A stretch of DNA of 64,000 bases, taken from the NCBI GenBank assembly GCA_949295915.1, contig CASFNB010000007.1, forward strand, positions 47,416 through 111,415, given 5' to 3'. Every line of letters starts with the position of its first letter. Positions within the stretch are counted from its first letter, which is position 1. The position numbers and the translations under genes were made by a program. Source of the stretch: an uncultured Pseudomonadota bacterium. GTDB lineage: Bacteria; Pseudomonadota; Alphaproteobacteria; RF32; CAG-239. Below the pieces are notes generated by a model that was not told the DNA's origin, did no database searches, and saw only the letters and a list, made by a program, of their open reading frames with translations. Of this stretch, positions 47,134-55,661 are shown piece by piece.

Positions 47134-48648
47134 CTAATCTATTGTAAAAGTTGTTTGTGCCGAAAATTGCTTGTTACTGCCCTGCCATTTGTTATATTTT
47201 GGCGGTGTGTTGCCGACAAAACTAACATTCAAGCGCAAAGGTTCGCTGCTCAGGCAACCGGCAACGGCATCTAGAGCATCATCATGTCCGGTTCCGTCAA
47301 CCGAGAACTCGCGCATTTCTTCAACAAACGGCGTGTTCCAAATTTTTTTATGAACATTCAATGCCCTTTCCGCCAGCAGCACCTCAAATGCCGAAATTAT
47401 CCTCTCGACTTTGTTTTTGCTTGAATACATTTCCAAAACAGCAACACGCATATTTTTTTGCGCCAAAACCTGTTTTAATATCCCCGGCAAAAACTTACCG
47501 ATACCGTTGGCTTCTACCCGAACGGCATTCAAATGATTGCGCTCGATAAAAGCTGCCACTTTTTGACATTGTAATGACGCCGCATTATCTCTGACCTCAT
47601 CTTCAATTTTGATATATTCCAAATCGTGCAGCCAATAGTGCCCGTCTTCATCGGTAAAGACGCAGGCAATAACCGAATTATCTCCCTTTGAAGATGCAAA
47701 AGAAGGATCCCACCAGCAAGATGCCGACAACATTTTCTTCTCCCCGATTTTCAAAAAATCGCGCCCGTTTGATGCAACGATATTGATTTCGGCCTCATAA
47801 GGCTTCAAACAATCCGGATTCAAAATGCTATCGTTGAAGTTGACCGGTGTCAGCATCATTTGTGACAAAAATTTGTTCTCTCCCGAGCGAATGCGGATTG
47901 ATGCAATCTTTTCTTCGCTAAACCTTTCCGGCCAAGCAGATTTGCCTTCTTTATTCAAAATCGGCAGTTCCAACTTGGTAAAGCCAAGCAAAAAAGGTTC
48001 GGTCTCCGGCTTTTTATCATCGTACGCTACCTGATAGATGGTATAAAACGTATGCGGCGTGCCGATATAAAGCTGCATGCCTTCCGGTGTTAAGATATAA
48101 TCCAACTCCTCGAGCTTTTCTCTCATATCGGCTCTTTTGGCAGGAGAATCCGAATTTTTCGGAACCTCAACGTCATCACAAATAATCAAATCTGCTCGCA
48201 GGCCGGTAATGTTTGCGCCTAAGCCTTTGGCTAACATCGACGGATCTCTGAGCTCAAGCGGACGATTGATGGTAAATTGCCCTGCCGCCCATTGATCCGA
48301 CTTTTGCGGTTTCAATCCTTTGGTCAAAGGATGCTGTTCGATAATACGTTTGACGTTTCTAACCATTTTTTTAGCCAAAGCATGATCTGCCGCCATGACC
48401 AAAATTCTGGTTTCGGGCTTATAATATAAAACCCAAGCACAAAACAAACCGACAATCGTTGACTTGCCGGAGTTGCGAAACGCCATTAACAAACCTTGCC
48501 TTTGCTTAGACGTTGTAAACAACTTTGACAACCAATGTGCCATTTTGTTTTGGTGCTTGGGTACTTTCAGCCCCTGCAAACGCATCCAGACATATACAAA
48601 ATCAAAAAAGCTGACTTTTTTGTTTAAGTCAGCTTTCATCATCTTCAT
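47134..48648 (-). CDS. terminase large subunit
   Basis: Walker A-like FRNSGKST, Walker B LIICDDVE, and a C-terminal nuclease-like half (HDDALDAV). The start is placed at MKMMKADL (48648). Confidence 0.8.
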   Translation of the reverse strand: MKMMKADLNKKVSFFDFVYVWMRLQGLKVPKHQNKMAHWLSKLFTTSKQRQGLLMAFRNSGKSTIVGLFCAWVLYYKPETRILVMAADHALAKKMVRNVKRIIEQHPLTKGLKPQKSDQWAAGQFTINRPLELRDPSMLAKGLGANITGLRADLIICDDVEVPKNSDSPAKRADMREKLEELDYILTPEGMQLYIGTPHTFYTIYQVAYDDKKPETEPFLLGFTKLELPILNKEGKSAWPERFSEEKIASIRIRSGENKFLSQMMLTPVNFNDSILNPDCLKPYEAEINIVASNGRDFLKIGEKKMLSASCWWDPSFASSKGDNSVIACVFTDEDGHYWLHDLEYIKIEDEVRDNAASLQCQKVAAFIERNHLNAVRVEANGIGKFLPGILKQVLAQKNMRVAVLEMYSSKNKVERIISAFEVLLAERALNVHKKIWNTPFVEEMREFSVDGTGHDDALDAVAGCLSSEPLRLNVSFVGNTPPKYNKWQGSNKQFSAQTTFTID

Positions 48649-48949
48649 CTTGCTCCTGAGCATGTGCTTCTTCCAAAATGGAAGATATATCAAAATTATC
48701 ATTCTGCGGCAAAGACATCGGCTCGTCTTCGGTCCAACGCGCGAGTTTTAACAAAGTTTCGGCATGAACCACCGCCGACTTGCATGCACTGTGATGCGCA
48801 CTAAAGCCTTTGGCATCGACCGGTGCCGGTTGCTCGGCAAAATTTTCGTAACTTTCAATCACCTCCGATATTTTTTGTGGTAATGTTTTTTTCAAATTTG
48901 CTTTTAATGATTTTAGTGTTTTTATTTTTTTACTTGGCATTATGTGCAT
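48629..48949 (-). CDS. hypothetical protein in the small-terminase position
   Basis: A 106-aa ORF immediately upstream of and overlapping terL, with a basic N-terminus and acidic C-terminus. No motif recognised. Confidence 0.35.
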   Translation of the reverse strand: MHIMPSKKIKTLKSLKANLKKTLPQKISEVIESYENFAEQPAPVDAKGFSAHHSACKSAVVHAETLLKLARWTEDEPMSLPQNDNFDISSILEEAHAQEQDEDDES

Positions 48950-48956
48950 ATCCCAT

Positions 48957-48980
48957 AAAAAAAAGCTCCGTCATCGGAGC
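48957..48980 (-). terminator. intrinsic terminator located between the late promoter and the first late gene
   Basis: The minus strand reads GCTCCG-atga-CGGAGC followed by T8, ending 8 nt before the ATG at 48949. Confidence 0.5.
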
Positions 48981-49021
48981 CTTATTTTGTTTTAGATACA
49001 CTACCAGCAAGTGATATTATG

Positions 49022-49050
49022 CTTATAAATTAAAAAAAATGAAATGTCAA
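49022..49050 (-). promoter_or_regulatory. strong candidate sigma70 promoter upstream of the phage late operon
   Basis: On the minus strand, TTGACA (49050-49045), 17 nt, then TATAAG (49027-49022). Confidence 0.45.
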
Positions 49051-49069
49051 GACTTTTTTCCTACCATTT

Positions 49070-49471
49070 TTAAGAGTTTGTTAAAAAAATATATAATTGA
49101 TACGGCGTAATGATGCTAACCTTATGAATTCCCAATATTCTTTTGACAAATTCCACACAAGTAAAAATGCCGAGCGGTGCACATTTTAACGGCGCTTGGC
49201 GAAACTTCACCGGCAAAATTTTGACATTTTTGCTTGTTTTTAAGTGATTTATATAATCCAAACCCAACAAAGATTCGTGTTTGAAGATATACAACTGATT
49301 CGACATAGGATTAAGTTCCAACCATAGGTTGTGTTCTTTTGATATGCAAATTAGCATATAACAGTGTCTGTAGCCTTTTTTTAAGAATCTTAACCACCAC
49401 AAACTGGTGTTGTTTTCAAAAACCACATAGCCTTTAAAAAAATATCCGCTTTGGAATCCAGAATTACGCAT
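49070..49471 (-). CDS. hypothetical protein (early/regulatory region of the phage cluster)
   Basis: A 133-aa ORF with no recognised motif. Confidence 0.35.
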   Translation of the reverse strand: MRNSGFQSGYFFKGYVVFENNTSLWWLRFLKKGYRHCYMLICISKEHNLWLELNPMSNQLYIFKHESLLGLDYINHLKTSKNVKILPVKFRQAPLKCAPLGIFTCVEFVKRILGIHKVSIITPYQLYIFLTNS

Positions 49472-49480
49472 TTGTTTCTC

Positions 49481-49810
49481 CTACAAAATTTTATAATATC
49501 TTAAATAAACATCAAAATTGCGTAAGCCTTCTTCCCACAAGCGGATTTCACTGCGTTTAGCTCTCTTATCATCCCATGGCGTCAACTGCTTTTCTCCCCA
49601 CTCCGTCATCACACGCAAATGCCTATTGCTGATATGATGATGAAGTTTCATATTTTTTATTATCCGAGAGATATCTGTTATTTCGCAACATCTTGGTTTA
49701 CCGCAATAATCTGACCGAGAGCGCAGCCCCCCTGCTCTTGCTTGCACCGAGGTGCAAAACCAAAACCAAACTTCTTCGGCATTTTCAAATGGTTCAAAAT
49801 ATTCTTTCAT
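49481..49810 (-). CDS. hypothetical protein, possible regulator
   Basis: ATG at 49810 (MKEYFEPFENAEEVWFWF...). Cys-containing central region and a Trp-rich C-terminus. First gene of the leftward early unit, divergent from the CI-like gene. Confidence 0.35.
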   Translation of the reverse strand: MKEYFEPFENAEEVWFWFCTSVQARAGGLRSRSDYCGKPRCCEITDISRIIKNMKLHHHISNRHLRVMTEWGEKQLTPWDDKRAKRSEIRLWEEGLRNFDVYLRYYKIL

Positions 49811-49841
49811 TCCCTTCTTTCTCCCCTGAATTGTTAGCACA

Positions 49842-49860
49842 ATTAACTAAATATTAACTA
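49842..49860. promoter_or_regulatory. direct-repeat candidate operator in the divergent control region
   Basis: ATTAACTA at 49842-49849 and again at 49853-49860, 11 nt centre to centre. Further inverted repeats AGGAAT..ATTCCT and CTAT..ATAG lie at 49893-49945. Confidence 0.3.
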
Positions 49861-49973
49861 TAAAGTTTTATACATTAGGTTGTAGGAATTTCAACACAAA
49901 AAGGATTGATTCCTATTTCGTCTTTTGTTATGATAGGAAAAATTGCCTTTAACCCTTTCTGAAAGCAAAAAAA

Positions 49974-50594
49974 ATGAAATATGAAAATGTTTGGGATGCT
50001 GTTGATAAGTTAGCTCAAAAGCATGGTCTTTCCCCTTCCGGTTTGGCAAAACTTGCCGGTCTTGACGCTACTACCTTTAATAAAAGTAAACGCATTCGCC
50101 CTGATGGCAAAAAGCGCTGGCCATCCCTTGATAGTATTAATCGGCTGCTTGAAATATTTAATATTACTTTTGAACAATTTTATGCACTCAGTGCCGGCGC
50201 GGAAGAAAAAGAAAACGGCTCCATTCCTTTTATTAAACTTTCTGAATTAAATGCGCAAAAATTTTATGTTGATTTTAAACTTGCTTCTCAAAATTGGAGT
50301 AAAGTACTTTTCCCTGATTTTAAAGAGTCTCTTTATGCCGTGGAAGTTGATACTGAAAACTATCTGCCTATGTATCGTTATGGTACGTTGATTATTGTTT
50401 CCGAAAATTCTGATATTCGCAAAAATGACCGCGTGGTTATCTACCTGAAAAACAATTCTATCTTATTGCGCGAATTTGTCAGAAGAACCCCCTCAAAACT
50501 GATTGTTGTTGATATTAATCATAAAGAAGTTGAAGAAACTATCGCAATTGCTGATATTAACCTCATTAACCGCATTGTATGGGTAAGCCAATAG
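49974..50594 (+). CDS. CI/LexA-like HTH regulator with a degenerate (non-catalytic) S24 domain
   Basis: N-terminus VWDAVDKLAQKHGLSPSGLAKLAGLDATTFNKSKR...RWPSLDSINRLL and C-terminus ...NRIVWVSQ match the alphaproteobacterial HTH-S24 family. EVDTENYLPMYRYGT replaces EVSGDSMLPLYRDGD, and LLREF replaces the Lys motif. Confidence 0.7.
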   Translation: MKYENVWDAVDKLAQKHGLSPSGLAKLAGLDATTFNKSKRIRPDGKKRWPSLDSINRLLEIFNITFEQFYALSAGAEEKENGSIPFIKLSELNAQKFYVDFKLASQNWSKVLFPDFKESLYAVEVDTENYLPMYRYGTLIIVSENSDIRKNDRVVIYLKNNSILLREFVRRTPSKLIVVDINHKEVEETIAIADINLINRIVWVSQ

Positions 50595-50604
50595 GAGATG
50601 TTCT

Positions 50605-50850
50605 TTGAATATAAAAAAATATTTGCAATTAAGTGATAAAAAACTGCTCGAATTGGAAAATAAATATCAGTTTCTTCCAAATGAAGAAGAAATTGATGAT
50701 TTAGAATTGTCTTTTGATAAATCTTGCTTAAAAGAAACAGCCAGAATTGCCAGACTTCATGCCCTGCAAAGACAAACTCAAAAAGCTGAAAAACTCCTCG
50801 CTGAAAAGCGTAAACAAGCTATTTTGCAACGTTTTATTCGCCCCGAATAA
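50605..50850 (+). CDS. hypothetical coiled-coil protein
   Basis: TTG start 6 nt after AGGAGA, 81 aa. Overlaps the convergent downstream gene by 17 nt. Confidence 0.35.
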   Translation: MNIKKYLQLSDKKLLELENKYQFLPNEEEIDDLELSFDKSCLKETARIARLHALQRQTQKAEKLLAEKRKQAILQRFIRPE

Positions 50851-51331
50851 GCTGTTCTTGATGAAATGTTTTATAAATTTGCTCTAATGTTTGTTCCGGA
50901 TCTCCGGTAAAATCTATAGATATTTTATTTCCTAAAGTGCATTTTCGGTTTTGTGCATCATAAAAACAAAACGGGGTTGAAAACCAATCGGCATATTCTT
51001 TGCTATCATCAATATGAATGGTGATTTTTTTCTCGGCACAATATTCTCCTTTGGCCATGTTCCACAACATATCCGGAACTTTATATTCACCGTTTTTATA
51101 ATATTCAACCATCCCTTGCGCATCATAATAATCTAATATGGCAAACAGTTCTTTATATATTATTTTATGATCTTGTAAAAATCTATCAACAACTTTCCTC
51201 GGACCACCCGTAATGATATATACTTCTATCCCTTTTTGTTTAGCTAAATGCGTAAAACGACTGAAGTATTCAGGATATTTATCAACAACGCCGTGAAAAT
51301 CCAAACCTATACGAATCGGCTCGTTATTCAT
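50834..51331 (-). CDS. HAD-like hypothetical protein
   Basis: 165 aa. The N-terminal IGLDFHGVVD resembles HAD motif I with His in place of the second Asp, and a later IHIDDS could be motif IV. Weak. Confidence 0.35.
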   Translation of the reverse strand: MNNEPIRIGLDFHGVVDKYPEYFSRFTHLAKQKGIEVYIITGGPRKVVDRFLQDHKIIYKELFAILDYYDAQGMVEYYKNGEYKVPDMLWNMAKGEYCAEKKITIHIDDSKEYADWFSTPFCFYDAQNRKCTLGNKISIDFTGDPEQTLEQIYKTFHQEQLIRGE

Positions 51332-54300
51332 CTTTATCTCCTCCGAATATTGAACCCATTAAATCTTTTAATGAACTCGGGCTCAATGCCGATAACGGGT
51401 TGATGTTAATGGCCGGATCATCCAAGCCTCCCGTTATGGTGTAATTGGCAGCAAATACCGTTCCGTCTTTTCCGCTCAATATATTTCCAACTATAGGTAA
51501 TTTTCCGATAAAATTATTTAGACCGTATGCCGGAGCAATAACACCTTTTATATTCAGTTCTGCAGAATTACGATCAAAATCGCCATTAACCGTAATTCCC
51601 ATAACATTACCAAAGGCTTTTCCTTCATGGAAACTCAAAACTTGATTTTGGTAAGTGAACGGAATGTCTAAATGCGAAAAGGCTATTCCCTCACCGGTTA
51701 ACATATTCACCATTCCGCTGAAAGAAGCCACGGTTAAAAGTTTGGCTAACAACGGTGTATTATGAATATTGAAATCTCTTATCTGGGCATGACCGATAAA
51801 TTGTTTGTTCTTCTCCCGCTTGCCGTTAATGCTCAATCGACCACCGCGCATGTTGTCATATGCACGCAAGAACTTTAACGTTCCGCCGGCATCATTACTA
51901 TCTATGGATAGCAGATATTCATTGTTCGGACGCGGAGAATAATCCAATTTCAAATATTTCTTTTGTGAACTGTCAAAATTGCCAATCAAGTGCATATCTT
52001 CTATACCGACACCATTACGCAACTTGGCTGAACCGGCAAAGTTTTTAACGGAAATATATTCGTTGGTCCATATGTTATTTACAGCAATAAATATATCCGT
52101 ATCGGTTACATTTTCCAGCGCATCTTCATCTTCTTTAACGCCGGTATTTTTCTTGCCGTCCGGCATGGTTTTAACCTCATCTTCTTTAAAAAATTCGGAT
52201 AAATCATAACTGCTTCCCGATACATTAATCTTGATTTTTTGCTTTGCCGTGTTGGCAAATTCTATTTTGGCTTTGGCATTGGTTTTGGGCGCTTTGATTT
52301 CTGTGATATCAATGACTTTGATTTTTCCGTTTTTATCCACGCTTATTTGACCTTTTAAGATAAAGTCTTTTTTCTTAAAACCTAAATTGGGAATTTCGGT
52401 CAATTTTCCGTTTTTGAAATCTAAACGTACCGATGCCTCTCCATTTTGTTGTTTTGGTTTATATAAACCTAAGAAAGAATAATCCACTTCAGCATCGGTC
52501 ATGTCTGCGGTTAAATCAACTTGTATGTGTTTATCGTCAAACTTGGTGATTGTGGCTAAAACGATTGTTTTGCCATTGATATACGGCGGATTGACAAACT
52601 CGGTATCAATGCCTGCTTTTTTCTTGACATTATCATCAAAAACAAAGCCCAAATTATACTTACTTTTATAAAGCTTATTGGCAAAATTTTCATTCCAAGA
52701 CAGTTTGAGCGGAATATTGTCAAGTTTGGCATCTCCTTCTACAAGCAAGCCATTGTTATCAACATTTAACAAAAGCTTTTTAGATGTGATTGCTTGTTTA
52801 TCCAAAACATCGGGAATTTCAACATCGGTCAAAACAGATGAAACTTTCACTTTGACTTCATCCGGAGCCAAATCTCGTTTTAATTCAAAATCCAAATACA
52901 AATCGGTAGTTGCATTGCCCTTAAAAGAATCCGGCTTAATCCCCATTTCCGTGGCATAATTTAAGGGCTTGTGATCAATCAGTTTCAAAGCATCGGAAAT
53001 ACTTGATTCGGCTTGCAAACTGATTTCGGCAAAATTATCATATTTATTCAAATCATACAAGCGAACAAAACCGCTATTGACTAAAACGTTGTTCGATACA
53101 GCTTTATCAAAATCTATTTTGATAGTGTCATTGGAAAAATGTGCCGTTCCATACATATTGGTCACACGCGGCATTCCGGTTAAATAATCCAAGCTCACAT
53201 CGGCTACCGAGCCAACACCTGACAATGTTTGAAAAGCAAAAGATTTGCTCTTTTTATCATAGCCGAAATTAAATTCGAAATCGGCATTTTTGATTTCTCC
53301 GCCAAAGAGACTGCTCTTGCACCAATCCCATGCCAAAGTTCCGGCATAACGCGGCCAGTAGTCATAGAGCTCATCAAACTTAACACTATCAATATGTGTT
53401 TTTAATTTGAGTTTCAAATTATCCATAGAGCGTTTGAGCAAATAGTCTTTCATACCATCGACATAAACGCTTATCAAAGCTTTTTGCGCCCCCAAATCAA
53501 ATGAAGCATTTTCAATTTGCAATTTATCCAAACCGGCTGATAAATCTCCGGTCAGCATAAAGCCATCAATTTTATAATCTTCATCTGCTTTATCGGTAAA
53601 GTGAATGGTACCGCTTCCACCTTCAAAATTAAACTTTAATTTTTCAATAGCGGAATCCAAACTTTGGATAACATCATCTTTGTTTTTTAGAACCTCGGCA
53701 AAATCAATCAAAGCATCTACTCTGCCGCTGACCGGTACCGTAATTTTTATAAATTTTTGCGCTTCTTCTTCACCAAATAAACTTTCAATAATATCATTGG
53801 GGAGAAGTTCAGAAAAATAGAACTGCACCCCTACTTTATTTCTGAAAGGACGATACTCGGCATCCAAGCCGATGGATGCTTCATGATTGTTGGCCTTGAT
53901 TAACGCATTAAAGCTGGTTTCAATATTGGAAAAATTGCGTTCAAAATGATAGTTTAAATCTGAAAACACCCATTTTCTGCCTAAATCCACCTCATGAAAC
54001 TCAACCGACGCATTTTCAATTGCTATATCATTAATATAACTTTCCGGATACACTTTGTCTTCCGAATTAAAGCGGTCAATAAACTCTTCAAAACTATCAA
54101 AATAATATTCTATTTTTTTCTGGTTAACTTCGTTTTTATTTTCTTCTTTAATGCCATAATCGGTAAAGACATAAACCGTCGGCTTGCTTACTTCAATAGA
54201 ACTCGGCGCAATAATACCTCGAAGCAAAGCTCGAATACTGAAAGATAAGGAGGTTCTTGGAGCTGTGATGGCAAAACTTCCGTCTGCTTTGCGATAATCT

Positions 54301-54548
54301 ACATTATTGGCTATAATTTTTATGGGCTTGATGGAACGAACCAGCTCAATATTCACACTATCCAAGGTCACTTGATATTGGCTGTCATCATGATTCAAGG
54401 CTTTGATGATATATGGCTTTAAAAAAGGAACCTCAACCGGTCCGCGATACAACTGCCACAAAAAAAGCAAGAAAAAGGCTAAAAATATCACGCCAACAAA
54501 ATCTAAAATTTTGTGCATACGATATGCCTTAAGCCCCATCTTTTTCAT
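51324..54548 (-). CDS. AsmA-like / YhdP-type (DUF3971) large envelope protein
   Basis: 1074 aa. N-terminal TM anchor (ILDFVGVIFLAFFLLFLW), long beta-rich body, and a C-terminal ...INPLSALSPSSLKDL typical of this family by recollection. Confidence 0.6.
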   Translation of the reverse strand: MKKMGLKAYRMHKILDFVGVIFLAFFLLFLWQLYRGPVEVPFLKPYIIKALNHDDSQYQVTLDSVNIELVRSIKPIKIIANNVDYRKADGSFAITAPRTSLSFSIRALLRGIIAPSSIEVSKPTVYVFTDYGIKEENKNEVNQKKIEYYFDSFEEFIDRFNSEDKVYPESYINDIAIENASVEFHEVDLGRKWVFSDLNYHFERNFSNIETSFNALIKANNHEASIGLDAEYRPFRNKVGVQFYFSELLPNDIIESLFGEEEAQKFIKITVPVSGRVDALIDFAEVLKNKDDVIQSLDSAIEKLKFNFEGGSGTIHFTDKADEDYKIDGFMLTGDLSAGLDKLQIENASFDLGAQKALISVYVDGMKDYLLKRSMDNLKLKLKTHIDSVKFDELYDYWPRYAGTLAWDWCKSSLFGGEIKNADFEFNFGYDKKSKSFAFQTLSGVGSVADVSLDYLTGMPRVTNMYGTAHFSNDTIKIDFDKAVSNNVLVNSGFVRLYDLNKYDNFAEISLQAESSISDALKLIDHKPLNYATEMGIKPDSFKGNATTDLYLDFELKRDLAPDEVKVKVSSVLTDVEIPDVLDKQAITSKKLLLNVDNNGLLVEGDAKLDNIPLKLSWNENFANKLYKSKYNLGFVFDDNVKKKAGIDTEFVNPPYINGKTIVLATITKFDDKHIQVDLTADMTDAEVDYSFLGLYKPKQQNGEASVRLDFKNGKLTEIPNLGFKKKDFILKGQISVDKNGKIKVIDITEIKAPKTNAKAKIEFANTAKQKIKINVSGSSYDLSEFFKEDEVKTMPDGKKNTGVKEDEDALENVTDTDIFIAVNNIWTNEYISVKNFAGSAKLRNGVGIEDMHLIGNFDSSQKKYLKLDYSPRPNNEYLLSIDSNDAGGTLKFLRAYDNMRGGRLSINGKREKNKQFIGHAQIRDFNIHNTPLLAKLLTVASFSGMVNMLTGEGIAFSHLDIPFTYQNQVLSFHEGKAFGNVMGITVNGDFDRNSAELNIKGVIAPAYGLNNFIGKLPIVGNILSGKDGTVFAANYTITGGLDDPAININPLSALSPSSLKDLMGSIFGGDKDE

Positions 54549-54551
54549 TTT

Positions 54552-55640
54552 TTACCCCACTTTGGCAGCCAAAGATGCTGCTAAAAATAAGTCTATATCA
54601 CCATCCAACACAGCTTTGGTGTCAGAAGTTTCAACCTCGGTACGCAAGTCTTTGACCAACTTGTAAGGCTGCAAAACATAAGAGCGAATTTGATACCCCC
54701 AACCGTTGTCGCCTTGATTATCTCTGGCTTCTTCGGCTTTGGCTTCGCGTTTCTTCAATTCCATTTCATACAAACGCGCTTTTAACATATTCCATGCACT
54801 TTCACGGTTTTGAAACTGAGAACGCTGGTTTTGGCACTGAACCACAATACCGGTCGGGATATGAGTGATACGTACCGCAGAATCTGTTTTATTAATATGT
54901 TGTCCGCCGGCACCGGATGAACGATAGGTATCAACACGACAATCTGCCTCGTTAATTTCAATATTTATCTTATCATCAACTACCGGATATACACCAACAG
55001 AAGCAAAGCTGGTATGACGTCTGGCGCCGCTGTCAAAAGGGGAAATGCGCACCAAACGATGCACCCCTGTTTCTGACTTGAGCCAGCCATAAGCATTGTG
55101 ACCGATGATTTTGATGGTAACCGACTTGATACCGGCAACATCTCCCTCTTCTTCTTCAACATATTCCACCTTATATTTATGAGCTTCAGCCCAGCGGCAA
55201 TACATTCTGAGCAGCATTTGTGCCCAATCCTGAGCTTCGGTTCCTCCGCTTCCGGAGTGGATTTCCAAAAAGGCATCATTTCCATCGACCTCGCCGGAAA
55301 GCAATGCCTCCAACTCGCCTCTTTTGGTTTGTTGTTGAAGTTCGGATAAATGTTTTTGCACCTCATCCAAAATTGCTTCATCGCCTTCGGATTCAGCCAT
55401 TTCTGCCAATTCTTCATTATCTTGCAAATTCTGTTGCATATTTTGGAAGTTTGCCAAACTGTCTTCCAAATTGGTCTTTTCGCTCATCAGCTTTTGTGCT
55501 TTTTCGGGATTGTTCCACAAATTGGCATCTGTCGAAAGCGCATTCAATTCTTCCAAACGAAGAAGAGCGTTATCGTAGTCAAAGAGACCTCCTCAGCAGT
55601 GCTAAAGACTGCTTAATCTCATCTATCATATTACTTATTT
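54552..55640 (-). CDS. prfB: peptide chain release factor 2, expressed through a programmed +1 frameshift
   Basis: The ATG at 55640 opens [26 protein letters not shown]. The +1 frame continues [15 protein letters not shown]... into the 334-aa track ORF, which carries SPF and GGQHINK motifs. Confidence 0.93.
55569..55583 (-). promoter_or_regulatory. prfB +1 frameshift site with internal Shine-Dalgarno
   Basis: The minus strand reads AGG AGG TCT CTT TGA C. CTT is at 55574-55572 and TGA at 55571-55569, with AGGAGG 3 nt upstream of the CTT slippery codon. Confidence 0.9.
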
Positions 55641-55661
55641 CTGCACGCATTTTCTTCTCCG

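Larger units (their letters stand above)
38247..50594 (-). mobile_element. podovirus-type (BPP-1/T7-like building blocks) structural and lysis gene cluster lacking integrase and replication modules; prophage remnant or GTA-like element, with an adjacent divergent CI-like regulator
   Basis: A co-directional minus-strand array: TerL, SleB-type endolysin, 3TM holin, portal, scaffold, major capsid, tail tubular A/B-like, and small ORFs. There is no integrase, replication gene, tail fibre, large internal core protein or flanking tRNA. Confidence 0.6.

Noticed and set aside
38247-50594. A diversity-generating retroelement or receptor-binding gene as in phage BPP-1, given the BPP-1-like building blocks
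   Set aside because: No reverse transcriptase ORF, template/variable repeat pair or tail-fibre-sized gene is present in or next to the cluster.
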